Assembly: GCA_021432655.1 (NCBI GenBank)
Contig: MU271205.1
Coordinates: forward strand, 62,001 to 126,000
DNA: 64,000 nucleotides
Reading direction: 5' to 3'
From: Atractiella rhizophila
Lineage: Eukaryota
A program made the translations under genes and the position numbers. Each line of letters opens with the position of its first letter. Within the stretch, counting starts at the first letter, position 1. Below the pieces are notes generated by a model, which had not been told where the DNA came from, did no database searches, and was given only the letters and a program-made list of their open reading frames with translations. Below, piece by piece: positions 1 through 14,469 of the stretch.

Positions 1-762
1 ACGATCTTTCGTCGTCTTTGGTTTCAACTTCAACAACAACCTGTGAGAATACAAGTGCCTCATCGTTCATTTCTTTGCGTCTCTCCCCAAGTATATCAGA
101 CGAACATTGCTGTAATCAACTTCCATCTTTCAGTCAGTCCGGTCTCGTTCCTAGTCGCATGTTGAAGCTCTGACCTTTGTTACAAGAAATAAAGGTCTGC
201 CAGTGGGTGGACATCATTACATCTTCCAGTCTCACTCTTGCTCGCACGCTGAAGCTTTGATATTTAAGCTCATTGCGGACTTCGAGGTCTGCCAGTGAAA
301 GGACACGGTCATCATATGCTTGAGGCGCTGGACTGTGCAACTGGCTTTGAGGATATGTAAAGGTTTCAAGCTCAAGCCCAAGTTTGGAATTGAACCTCAC
401 TCCTTCGACTGGAGGAAGACTTTTTCTTGGTTCAACCGAATAATGGGAAAGGGTACAACCCAAGGTGAACATCTGGCACCTGCTCTGATCTCATTACATA
501 TCATCTACTTTGAGCCAAGAAGGGTATCAACTGCACCTGAAAACATCGATTTCACCTGACAATCATGCTACATGAAAAGGGCAAAGAATACCCAGGAGAG
601 ATTCAAAGATTGGGCAAGTTGCAATACAAGGCGTTTTGGTCCCAAGTTAAAACCAACAAAGCAAAAGCAGGAAAAACAATGGGGCCGCAAAAGGGAAAAA
701 AAAAACAAAAAAACACAGTACACAAAAAAATACCACAAAAAAACGGAAAAGCCCAAAAAACT

Positions 763-1268
763 TCACGGATTGGGATCAAACATATCGGGAAACTGCTGTT
801 GAAGTTTTATCATCGTCTTCTGCATGTCGTAACCTGCCCAGAGCAATTTGATCAACTCAAGAGGGAGACGGAAGGGAGTTGATGCACTCATCCACTCTCC
901 CAAATTCATAAGCGTCAACTCGTTCAACACATAATCTTCTTTTATCCTACCCGTCACTTCCACATAAGTAGCAGTGATGGTCTCAGGATCCGTGACCTGA
1001 CATTAAAAGGCGTCAACATCTCAACATCTCAAGACAAGACACCATAAAAGCAAGTGCCAACACGACGTCCCCCCCGTGAGAAGAAAAGGAGATAACGTAC
1101 TACAAGGTTGACAACTATCTGACCCAAATCCACAGATTCAAGAGTGAGCGTCCGATCTTCAATCTTCAGCACTTTCCCAACCGCGCGAACGAGCCGATTC
1201 ATGGGGAGAGAGTGCAGCAGTTTAGAGTCTACGCGGGTGCACGTTGACGCGTCGAATTCGCGTGACAT
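763..1268 (-). CDS. RFA3: Replication protein A 14 kDa subunit (RPA3/Rfa3/Ssb3), copy 1, 3 exons
   Basis: The spliced product MSREFDASTCTRVDSKLLHSLPMNRLVRAVGKVLKIEDRTLTLESVDLGQIVVNLV/VTDPETITATYVEVTGRIKEDYVLNELTLMNLGEWMS/YDMQKTMIKLQQQFPDMFDPNP* matches the RPA3 OB-fold pattern (VRxVGKV, YVEVxG, C-terminal helix ending FPxxF). Introns are GT-AG. Confidence 0.85.
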
Positions 1269-1442
1269 GTTGGAGATTCAGCAAAGGCACCAGGAGAGTG
1301 ATTTTGTCTGGTTATCGAGTTGGAAAAGTCGAAGTGGTCGTTTTTTGGTGGCGCGTTCTGACCGCGACCGTGACTCAGAAGTACCACAACAACCATCAAC
1401 TCCTTTCGAAGGTCGAGAAGAGGATGCTTAGAGCCACGCACG

Positions 1443-3542
1443 ATGGCCAGTTCTACAGCGATATCTCTCTCACGCACCGGGTCGAGCTCTACCAGCAGGT
1501 CCCGCAGACACCCCTCCCCCGCAATACCTTTCCTCCCGCCACCGCCAATCGAGGAGGAGTTGTCATCTTTTGCCAAGGGAGAGCTCACTGCACAAGGACA
1601 GGTTGTTGGCGGATTGACAGAGGTTGATTTGAGGAGTCCAGTGCTTAGAAGCGCAGAACCATCTACGAGTAAGAGGTGAGTTCCTTCCCGAATTATCGTT
1701 CTTTGGACATAGTGTGAATATGCATGGTTTTGTGTACAGGACGTTATTCTCCTTCCTCCCCATTTCTTTTCTCTACCACACATCCCCACCAAATAACCCG
1801 AGAGATCTCCCATCAACGGACCGTCGAGCTGAATGTACTTCTTCGAATGCATCGACGATTCCAATCGGACAGGATATCGCCTCACCTCTCCTCCAATCTT
1901 CGCACGAGCAATCGCGATTCGCGGCAGTATTACGACCGCTAGTTCCACCCAAAGACGACACAGGAGACCTGTCCACCCTCCATCTCCTCCCGCAATCTAC
2001 CCGGACGCCTACTCCCTTCTTCCTCTCTCCGCGTCCCGACATCCCACCCGTCCTACGTCCCGCCTCCTCTCTCCCACCCGCACACCATCCGCCATCTCAC
2101 CCTCACCCTCACCCTCACTCTCAACATTCCTTCCCCTCCACCTCCCAGTATACGCTCGACGAAGATCCGCCGTCGTTACCGCCCATCGTGAGGGTGACGG
2201 ATACGAATGGGACCTGGTGGAAGTCTCGCGGGGTCTTGCGTCCCGGCACCGTCGCGCGAAGCGACGTCTCGCACACGAACTCGCACTCCACCGTGGTGAC
2301 GCGACCGCCTTCTTCCCTTTCTAATGACACGGCGTCTACGTCCGCTTCCCTGAGACGTCTAAGGCTTCCGGACTATGTGGAGCGGCGAAGCAGGGCGGGG
2401 AGTTTGGGTCTAGGATGGGAGGATATTTTGAGTCCGCGTCCAGTTGCTTCTTCTTGGCGGGAAGAGGAGGAATTGCGAGAGAGGGAGCGTAGAAGTGAGG
2501 TCACCTTGATGAGGAGGAAGGAGGTGAGGAGAAGGAGGAATAGTGTGGATCGAACGGGGGAGGAGATCATGAGTCCTCGACCAGAGAGGAAGGGAAGAAA
2601 TGATCGTTGGGTCGGAAATTTGGAGGATTGGGTATTGAGGGAGGGAGAGTATCCTACATTTGGATGGAGTTCTGGACCCTCAGGCTCACGGTCTCATATA
2701 AACGAGAGTAGGCTTGGACTGGAGCAGTCGAACCTTCATCCACTTCCAATGCCAACTTATGCACCTCTCCCATCCTATCACACCCTCCCGTCCCGCATGA
2801 TGAACCATCCTTCCACCTCTCAAAACACACATTTTCCCTATTCCTCCTCCTCCAGTCTCCTCCCTAACTTTCATCTTCGTCGACCTTCATCACCTCCTCA
2901 TGGGATCATGGATCAGAGACCGCTCAATCCTACCTCCTTCAGGTTCATAACCAAGTTTCCTGACCCTGGACGGTATTCTCAACCGCAAGATAAAGGGAGG
3001 AGAGCGTGGACAGGCTGGAAGTGGGCTCTGTTAGTAAGTGCGACGGCGCTGCTCATCTATTCGTTGTTGGGACTGGCGAGCAGTTTGTCGGTTTGGCTCC
3101 TGTGTATGTTCAACTTCCCATTCTGTGCCAGATGGAGGATACTGATGGCATGGCGAGAAGCACGGCAGAATGCGGACGTTGTGCTTGTCGTTAATCATGG
3201 ACTGTTGCTGTGTGCGTCCTTCATCCTGTTTGTGAGGAGGAGCTCATTGTTGATTCGTGGATGAGTAGTCATCACTTTCACCTCCTGTTTCACTTACCTC
3301 CTCTCTCTCCTCGCCTTCACTTCGACGCTCCTAAACAGCCGTCCGCTCCTTACAGTGTATAACGTGATGCTCTGGCCATCGTTGATCCTCGTTCTTGCCG
3401 CAGGTCTGGCACTCCTATTTCATATGACAGACGTTAATTAAAGGTCGCTTTCAGGCTACCAGGCTTACCATCTCGACCATTTCAATCTCGATGGAAAGCT
3501 TTCAGAGAGATGGAGTAGGGAATGGGAAGAGGAAGGTCGTCT
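1443..3542 (+). pseudogene. Tetraspanin (Tsp2-type) copy 1, truncated just before the CCG motif at the duplication junction
   Basis: Colinear with 4583-6689 but breaks at WEEEGRL, where the 19-bp repeat array starts. It lacks the CCG loop, the last TM helix and the C-terminus. Confidence 0.8.
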
Positions 3543-3637
3543 ATCCAACCGAATAATGGGAATCCAACCGAATAATGGGAATCCAACCGAATAATGGGAA
3601 TCCAACCGAATAATGGGAATCCAACCGAATAATGGGA
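3543..3637 (+). repeat. Perfect 19-bp tandem repeat x5 (ATCCAACCGAATAATGGGA) at the duplication junction
   Basis: Read directly: five consecutive identical units with no spacers. Confidence 0.95.
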
Positions 3638-5235
3638 AAGGGTACAACTCAAGGGGAACATCTGGCAGCTGCTCTGGCGATTTCACCTTACCGTCATGCT
3701 ACATGAAAAGGGTAAAGGATGCCCATGAGAGATTCAGAGATTGGGCAAGTTGCAATACAAGGCGCTTTTGTGCCCAGTTTGTAGCTACGAAGTCACAGTC
3801 ATGAGAACGATTTGTGCTGGAGAGTGGAAGATAGAACAAAGTAATAATACATTGTACACAAAATTATACTAGGAAACCACGTACAGTCGTAGAAATGTTC
3901 ACGGATTGGGATCAAACATATCGGGAAACTGCTGTTGAAGCTTTATCATCGTCTTCTGCATGTCATAACCTGCCAAACCAAACTGATCAATGAGGGAAGA
4001 AGACGGCAGAAGGAAGATGATGCACTCATCCATTCTCCCAAATTCATAAGCGTCAACTCGTTCAACACATAATCTTCTTTTATCCTACCCGTCACTTCCA
4101 CATAGGTAGCAGTGATCGTCTCCGGATCGGTGACCTGACATTGAAAGGCGTCAACATCTCAACATCTCAAGACAAGACACCATAAAAACAAGTGCCAACA
4201 CGGCGTCCCCCCCCCCGCGAGAGAAAAGGAAATAACGTACTACAAGGTTGACAACTATCTGACCCAAATCCACAGATTCAAGAGTGAGCGTCCGATCTTC
4301 AATCTTTAGCACTTTTCCAACTGCGCGAACGAGCCGATTCATGGGGAGAGAGTGCAGCAGTTTAGAGTCTACGCGGGTGCACGTTGACGCGTCGAATTCG
4401 CGTGACATGTTGGAGATTCAGCAAAGGCACCAGGAGAGTGATTTTGTCTGGTTATCGAGTTGGAAAAGTCGAAGTGGTCGTTTTTTGGTGGCGCGTTCTG
4501 ACCGCGACCGTGACTCAGAAGTACCACAACAACCATCAACTCCTTTCGAAGGTCGAGAAGAGGATGCTTAGAGCCACGCACGATGGCCAGTTCTACAGCG
4601 ATATCTCTCTCACGCACCGAGTCGAGCTCTACCAGCAGGTCCCGCAGACACCCCTCCCCCGCAATACCTTTCCTCCCGCCACCGCCAATCGAGGAGGAGT
4701 TGTCATCTTTTGCCAAGGGAGAGCTCACTGCACAAGGACAGGTTGTTGGCGGATTGACAGAGGTTGATTTGAGGAGTCCAGTGCTTAGAAGCGCAGAACC
4801 ATCTACGAGTAAGAGGTGAGTTCCTTCCCGAATTATCGTTCTTTGGACATAGTGTGAATATGCATGGTTTTGTGTACAGGACGTTATTCTCCTTCCTCCC
4901 CATTTCTTTTCTCTACCACACATCCCCACCAAATAACCCGAGAGATCTCCCATCAACGGACCGTCGAGCTGAATGTACTTCTTCGAATGCATCGACGATT
5001 CCAATCGGACAGGATATCGCCTCACCTCTCCTCCAATCTTCGCACGAGCAATCGCGATTCGCGGCAGTATTACGACCGCTAGTTCCACCCAAAGACGACA
5101 CAGGAGACCTGTCCACCCTCCATCTCCTCCCGCAATCTACCCGGACGCCTACTCCCTTCTTCCTCTCTCCGCGTCCCGACATCCCACCCGTCCTACGTCC
5201 CGCCTCTCCTCTCCCACCGGCACACCATCCGCCAT

Positions 5236-5266
<31 letters not shown>

Positions 5267-6689
5267 TCAACCTTCCTTCCCCTCCACCTCCCAGTATACC
5301 CTCGACGAAGATCCGCCGTCGTTACCGCCCATCGTGAGGGTGACGGATACGAATGGGACCTGGTGGAAGTCTCGCGGGGTCGCGCATCCCGGCATCGTCG
5401 CGCGAAGCGACGTCTCGCACACGAACTCGCACTCCACCGTGGTGACACGACCGCCTTCTTCCCTTTCTAATGACACGGCGTCTACGTCCGCTTCCCTGAG
5501 ACGTCTAAGGCTTCCGGACTATGTGGAGCGGCGAAGCAGGGCTGGGAGCTTGGGTCTGGGATGGGAGGATATTTTGAGTCCGCGTCCAATTGCTTCTTCT
5601 TGGCGGGAAGAGGAGGAATTGCGAGAGAGGGAGCGTAGAAGTGAGGTCACCTTGATGAGGAGGAAGGAGGTGAGGAGAAGGAGGAATAGTGTGGATCGAA
5701 CGGGGGAGGAGATCATGAGTCCTCGACCGGAGAGGAGGGGAAGAAATGATCGTTGGGTCGGAAATTTGGAGGATTGGGCATTGAGGGAGGGAGAGGACGC
5801 TACATTTGGATGGCGTTTTGGAGCTTCAGGCTCACGGTCTCATGTAAACGATGATAGGTTTGGACTGGACCAGTCGACCGTTCATCCCCTTCCTATGCCA
5901 ACTTATGCACCTCTCCCATCCTATCACACCCTTCCATCCCGCATGATGAACCATCCTTCCACCTCTCAAAACACGCATTTTTCCCATTCCTCCTCCTCCA
6001 GTCTCCTCCCTAACTTTCATCTTCGTCGACCTTCATCACCTCCTCGGGGGATCATGGATCAGAGACCGCTCAATCCCACCTCCTTCAGGTTCATAACCAA
6101 GTTTCCGGACCCCGGACGGTATTCTCAACCGCAAGATAAAGGGAGGAGAGCGTGGACGGGCTGGAAGTGGGCTCTGTTGGGAAGCGCGACGGCGCTGCTC
6201 ATCTACTCGTTGTTGGGACTGGCGAGCAGTTTGTCGGTTTGGCTCCTGTGTATGTTCAACTGTCTATTCTGTGCCAGATGGAGGAAACTGATGGCATGGC
6301 GAGAAGCATGGCAGAATGCGGACGTTGTGCTTGTCGTTAATCATGGACTGTTGCTGTGTGCGTCCTCCATCCTTTTATGTGAGGAGGAGCTCATTGTTGA
6401 TTCGTGGATGAGTAGTCATCACTTTCACTTCCTGTTTCACTTACCTCCTCTCTCTTCTCGCTTTCACTTCGACGCTCCTAAACAGCCGTCCGCTCCTTAC
6501 ATTGTACAACGTGATGCTCTGGCCATCGTTGATCCTCGTTCTTGCCGCAGGTCTGGCACTCCTATTTCATATGACAGACGTTAATTAAAGGTCACTTTCA
6601 GGCTACCAGGCTTACCATCTCGACCATTTCAATCTCGATGGAAAGCTTTCAGAGAGATGGAGTAGGGAATGGGAAGAGGAAGGTCGTCT
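3622..6689. repeat. Tandem segmental duplication, copy 2
   Basis: Colinear with 433-3542 and continues into the complete tetraspanin 3' end. Confidence 0.95.
3899..4408 (-). CDS. RFA3: Replication protein A 14 kDa subunit (RPA3), copy 2, 3 exons
   Basis: Same exon structure and, by eye, the same protein as copy 1. Differences are synonymous or intronic. Confidence 0.85.
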
Positions 6690-7330
6690 GCGCATCCAAA
6701 ACGAGCTCAAATGCTGTGGATTCTTCTCAAGTCTTCGTATGCCCCATCTACTCTTCCTGGAGGTCTGAGCTGAGAACGCTGGAGTAGACGATGCCACGTT
6801 CTCCCGCAACTGCTTCCCCCGCTCCGCCCTCCCAGGTTGTAAAGCGTCCTTAGTCGCTTTCGAACACACGTTGTTGAAGAGAGTTTGGATGCACATCTTC
6901 TTTGGTGCCTTCCCCGTCCATCTCATCATCTTGGTCATCGCAATACTCGGATCCAATCATGTAGACAGGACGTTTGGGAAACGCCTCATGCCGTGGGACC
7001 ATCGAATGGGGTACGTTGTCCCATCTCTGACCGCGGTGAAGATGGAAGGGGCTGATGTCCTTTTGAAGTGCGGAGGATGTGCAGTTGAACCAGACAGCGG
7101 CCGTCTCTACGGTCCAAGAAGCGCTTGAACGAAACCTCCCTCTCCCCCCGCTGCCGGTACCACGGAGTGAGAACGAGAGGAGGCTCTCGGGGAGGAGGAT
7201 GTCGATTTCTTCTGTTGCCAGTGGATTTCAGAACTTGTCGAGGACGGCTGGACTGAAAGGGTTGGGATTGGGATGGACTGCGACGAATGCGATGGACGCT
7301 CCGGTGAAGGGAGATCGACGGTTGCGATAG
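4583..7330 (+). CDS. Tetraspanin, basidiomycete Tsp2-type, with a long Pro/Ser/Arg-rich N-terminal tail; multi-exon
   Basis: Long low-complexity N-terminus, TM1 (WKWALLGSATALLIYSLLGLASSLSVWL), further hydrophobic helices, and a large loop with RIQNELKCCGFFS and CFPRSALPGCK. The last TM is FPVHLIILVIAILGSNHVDRTFG; stop at 7328-7330. Confidence 0.8.
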
Positions 7331-7943
7331 TTCCCCTGTTGTTGTTGATCCTTTCGCACTAGTATACAGTATACAAATGTTGAAGTAGTGTTGTTCCCAG
7401 GTTTTCTTGCATGTTGCTTTGTAACGAACCAGTGTACTTTATTAATATCACATCATATCCTGTCTTGTTCCAATCCTATGGCACTGGGTTATCGCTTTTG
7501 CAATGAATTATCAATAGCACTACTGACATTTCCTTAACTTCGGATTGATGACCGTGCCAAGGTTTGTTCCTCAAATCTAATACCGCCAGGCGGTCCCTCA
7601 AAGTCTCTTCTAGATTTCTTCAAGTTGCTTCGGATACATACCTCAGTACTGAGCATCACCCACCGTGCCTACCTCGAAAGCGAAAACCTTATCAACCAAG
7701 AAAATCTCATGGCGTTCCCTCAAGTTCTCAACCAAACCATCCCATCGATCGTACATCCACACATTCAAATCTTCTTCTTAGAGAAGAGCAGATCCCTCTA
7801 GAGGTTACGATAGAGATTAACTTGCAGTGCGCAGGCCGGCAGACGCAAGGGTTGTGTCGAAAGACCAGCTTCATGACGTGCGTGCAATCTCAAGGTGTAT
7901 CCAGCCGATTTGCTAGACCAGTTGTCGCCAACCTGAAATGCGG

Positions 7944-7979
7944 ACCACACTCCTCATATCTACCACACTCCTCATATCT
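7944..7979 (+). repeat. 18-bp direct tandem repeat x2 (ACCACACTCCTCATATCT)
   Basis: Read directly. Confidence 0.85.
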
Positions 7980-9035
7980 TTTGTTGCAAGTGTGAAACGT
8001 GGAAGATTTATGATTGGCCCTTCAAGTTCCTACTGGGTCTTGTCGATCTTGTTGCCGAATAGGTATTGAGGGAGGAGGTTCAGCGGATGACAGGAATGAA
8101 AGAACCAGCAAGCATTTGGTTTGCTCATGCAGCGCTAGGATTTGCATGACCGTTCTCAGAAACACTGCGTTAACCTGAATGTGCACCTTGAAAAACGTGC
8201 ATCAACCTTAGCTTATGCATGGTAAAGCGTTGAATCCCTTCAAAAGGTGGACGGTTCGCAGTTTGTCAACCTTTCAAGAGGCTGCTTGAGTGGCCCGAAG
8301 CCTTCAGCCTTCACTTCACCTTTAGGCTTAGGTCAGTTACGTCGATTCCTTCCACAGCTCGATGATGACGTCATCTTTCCTCGCAAGCTCGAAAGTGTGA
8401 AGGTGGCTTGCGACCTGTTGCCACCCTGTTGCAAATTTGAACGTTTGAACGATGATTGGAGGTTGCTGCATGGTAAACGTGAACCCTGATCGGCTCTTTG
8501 GAGGATCTATTTGATGTAGAATTATGTCATCCTTGTATCTCCTTCTGAAAGCGGGTCACAAATGCGCCAGGTGTGTCCGCCTTGCCTGCAATATAGACCC
8601 GGATAGCCCACTGCCAGTGACCCTAGTGACGACGTCTGATGGCTGCATGGCGGGCTCACACTGTACTACTGCTACGCTGCCGTCGAACGAGTCCGACGAG
8701 CAATCCAATCCCAATGCCCAACGGTAATTAATACAATACCCCAGATAAAGTGAGATTCTCAGAATGAATCGACTTGTTACGGTAGACGTTAACCATGAAT
8801 TGCAGGAACTGATGCTAACTGACAGCGAGTGACGAAGAACGATGATGAAATTGTTGCTGTCACATCCCAATATCCAGACCCATTCAGAAGCCTCAGTCAT
8901 GGCGCTAACAGCTGCTGCATAAAAGGCTCGCGAAACCCTGCTCCTACACCCCTACCATAGCCTTAACCCTTCATCTGAACCTCCTACTTTTTTCGCGCCA
9001 AAACCAGTTTTACAAAACCTTCTGAAGTGAACAGA

Positions 9036-10470
9036 ATGTCTGAGGCGACGACTGTTGGACCACCTGGAGGGAGGACAAGTCTGGGAAATGGGGAAAAGGG
9101 TGAGTCTTTTCAGCGCTGTTCGTGTTTGGAAATCGTATTAGTCCAGGCGTTAAACATGCAGGCTAAGATATTGCCAGTAACCTCACATAACAAGTTTGTG
9201 AATTAGCATCTGGCAGCCTGGAACTTAGTCCGCTAGATGCAACAGTGCTTTCCTTCTTTCCTCTCAGTTTAGCCTGTATCCTTGCACTTTGTCGTCGATA
9301 TTATCATTGCTAATCAATCACTTCAATAGGGCTTTATCACCACCACCAAGGTGGTGCGGTACGCCCATTTCCTGCTCTCCACAGCAATCACCATTTATGC
9401 TAGAGCCACAGCCAGTCAATCATTCCGTCACCCCAGGTGGTCACCCACTCGATACCTCCCAACCTGGATTCCCAACTTATCATCGGTGAAATTCTAGTAT
9501 ATTCACTGATGTACTCCGTGCTGATTCCGGCCATAGACGATTCGCGAATCCAGCGCCTTTGGGACTGATGTCCTTTGGCGGGACGCTTTTCTTCCTTGGA
9601 ATGTACGTATTCTCCCCATAAAATTAACGAAATTGTCTTTGACGATAACAACGCAGGATCTATGTTCGCACCCGCCATATCACCATACCCAACTTTCTCG
9701 TTTCCCTCGCTCTGGCCTATGGAGGATTAGCTCAACTTCTTGCCGGTCAATGTTTTTGATCCTTTAGCTGAAACTGGTTCTGACTCGTTTGCGCACTTCA
9801 GGAATGTGGGAGTTCGCTTGTGGAAACACCTTTGCCGCCACTGCCTTCACGTCTTACGGTGCATTCTTCCTCTCTCTCGCTGCCATCTACATTCCCAATT
9901 CTGGCATTTTGGCTGCCTATGGTCAAGGTGTTCAGATTGTTAATGCTTTTGGCATCTACTACGGTGAGTTCTTCTCCAATGGGTACAAGAAGGCGCTTAT
10001 GACATCCGGTAGCAACATGGTTCATCTTTACCACCTTGATGTTGATTGCCGCCTTTAGATCATCATGGGGGTTGATAGCCTTCTTCTTCTTCCTTGACCT
10101 GACTTTCCTTCTCCTTGTACGCTTCCTCGCCTTGCTTTTGCGAAGCGTAGTTTATTTGTCTGATCGTGGTTGGGTTAGATGTCGGGAGAGTTCGCTGACA
10201 GTCGCGAGGTCCGCATAGCTGGGGGTGCATTCGCACTCGTGTCATCGGCTTTGGCATGGGTGCGCCACATCCCTTCAACGTTGTGAGGTTGCAAAGCTGA
10301 TGGCATATGCAGTATGTCGGTCTGGCAGGATTGTTGACAAGTGACAATGCGAACATGATTCTCCCCGTCGGCGAACGACGAAGAAGTTACCATCCTGAAG
10401 CGGGCACCCACGGATACCGATCTGATGGCCCAACGTATGGGGCGCACAGTACCCAACCAACTCATCATAA
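9036..10470 (+). CDS. GPR1/FUN34/YaaH (Ady2/AcpA-like) acetate transporter family membrane protein; multi-exon
   Basis: Signature motifs RFANPAPLGLMSFG (~9537), YGGLAQLLAG and MWEFACGNTFAATAFTSYGAFFLS, plus LIAAFRSSWGLIAFFFFLDLTFLLL. The last exon is YVGLAGLLTSDNANMILPVG...THH*. Confidence 0.92.
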
Positions 10471-11899
10471 CGCTCCTGTCTAGGCTTAAAAAGTGCGGGC
10501 ATGCCGATAAATCAATTCTCTCAAAATTTTCTAATTGTATGATAGTTCCTCATCTTTCCTGTTCATGATGTTTATGCCCTGCCAGCTTCAATTTGCCTAC
10601 CAATTTCGACATGCAAATGTAATAACGCTCTACATTTTTCTCGTCTCTTCCGAAATTATCATTTCTTTCTCCCTCCAACTACAGCTGCCGCAGAGGCAGA
10701 TAGTATGAGAAATCTGGAAGTATGGTGTTCTATTCAAGGCATTTGGAACATTTCAATGCCTGCTAGTGCTAATGTCTATCGCGAAACCAAATCAAAGGAA
10801 ATATCAAAAGAAAAGGACAATAATGCGGCTTTCTTCTTTTTTTCAGAGTTCTGGGTGGTTCTGGGCTACGTTGATGATTTGTTACCATTGAAGGCTATGT
10901 CAGCAACATTGTGCCGACAGGAACTGGTGAAGAGAATTGAGAAAGATGCCAAGAGAGAGAAGGGGTCATCGTACCGTACCCGCATGAGAAACTGCAACCG
11001 TTAGTATCAACTGTGAGTGAGAAACGACTTCTAATGTCGTCGCTTTCCTTCGGCAAAACTCCTTCTCCAACTTGCGTACCAGCATGTCATCTTCAAAGTC
11101 AGCCTCATTTCGCCGCTCCTGTCTCGCCACCAACTCCATCGCGTTCTCCCAACCACTCATTTGAGGACGACTCCCTCCAGTCAAGATATCTGTTTCCTGT
11201 TGATGTGTGAAAGTAAGTGACTAATGTAATGACACAATTATTTGCAGACGAGTTGAAAGTAGAACTGCACCGGGTGACTAGCACACACATGTAGATTCAG
11301 ATCGTTGGATCGTTGGTTGAAATTATATATGGATGCAGATGGCCAGAGATTTCGGTACAATTCCATGGTCACGGCGAGCAGTTTCCCTTCTCACCTGTTT
11401 CTTCATGCTCAATTCACGGTTTCAGGAAAGAGTAGTATCTTCCCTCGCATTATTAGATCTCCCTGAGCACGACATAAATCTAACCGGTCTCTTGACCCTC
11501 CATGGAGCTTGAGCTTGTCGAAGAGGAGTTGTGGAGCGAGAGTTAAACTGAGAAAGTCTTCGTCTCGGTGCCCCCTCGAATATTCTTGGGTCGAGTATAC
11601 TCAGCTAACTCGGAAACTAGGCTGTACTGCAAGTTTTACCAGTCGCGTGAACCAACCTACATTTACAGTTACACAAACGTATCTTAGGCAGCAGGTTCAA
11701 AACTCGTGCATTGTCCAGCCGGTTTCCCCGTTGAGAAGGAACAGTGATACTGAAAGGCTCAGAACATAAAAATGCACCAATATCTCTAGTCATTCCAATA
11801 TTCCGTATTTTCACATTGAGTTAGATTGAGATGGAGCTACAACAATTCCCTACAACCATTTTTTGTCGTTTGTGTATACATAATCCAGTTAGCCAGTGA

Positions 11900-14225
<2,326 letters not shown>

Positions 14226-14333
14226 AGTTTCCGGTCCTAGTTGCTGGCTTCTGGGGATATCGTGTGAGATGTTGAGGCCAGGTGAGGTGGTTGAGTGCTT
14301 AAGTACTGACGATGTGTTGAATGAGTTTCTACA

Positions 14334-14370
14334 GATGAGATCGATGAGATCGCCAATCTTTGCGACCAAA
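14334..14370 (+). promoter_or_regulatory. PAC-like (GATGAG x2) and RRPE-like (AAAAAAATT) motifs in the divergent PGM/BRX1 promoter
   Basis: GATGAGATC in tandem at 14334 and 14343, followed by caaaaaaaattgg, ~120 bp upstream of the BRX1 ATG. Confidence 0.3.
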
Positions 14371-14469
14371 AAAAATTGGTTGCGCCCTCCCGCGCACTTT
14401 GAACCTACTAGTACTTTACAAACCTTTAGAAATATTGAATTTCGAGCTCCCTTGAAGTTTCTGTCTCCC

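Larger units (their letters stand above)
433..3542. repeat. Tandem segmental duplication, copy 1 (RPA3 + 3'-truncated tetraspanin)
   Basis: Sequence from caaccgaataatgggaaagggtacaac (433) to gaagaggaaggtcgtct (3542) recurs at ~3622-6689, with an offset of 3140 over the central part. The ORF track shows duplicated ORFs (1229/4369, 1714/4854). Confidence 0.95.

Noticed and set aside
565..882. Lys-rich ORF as a real protein
   Set aside because: It arises from the suspect A-rich tract, overlaps RPA3 antisense and is not preserved in copy 2.
3543..3637. CRISPR array or telomeric repeat
   Set aside because: No spacers, no cas genes and a eukaryotic context. The unit is explained as a duplication-junction chimera.
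10700..11770. Short ORFs between the transporter and PGM
   Set aside because: No coherent exon chain or family motif could be supported.
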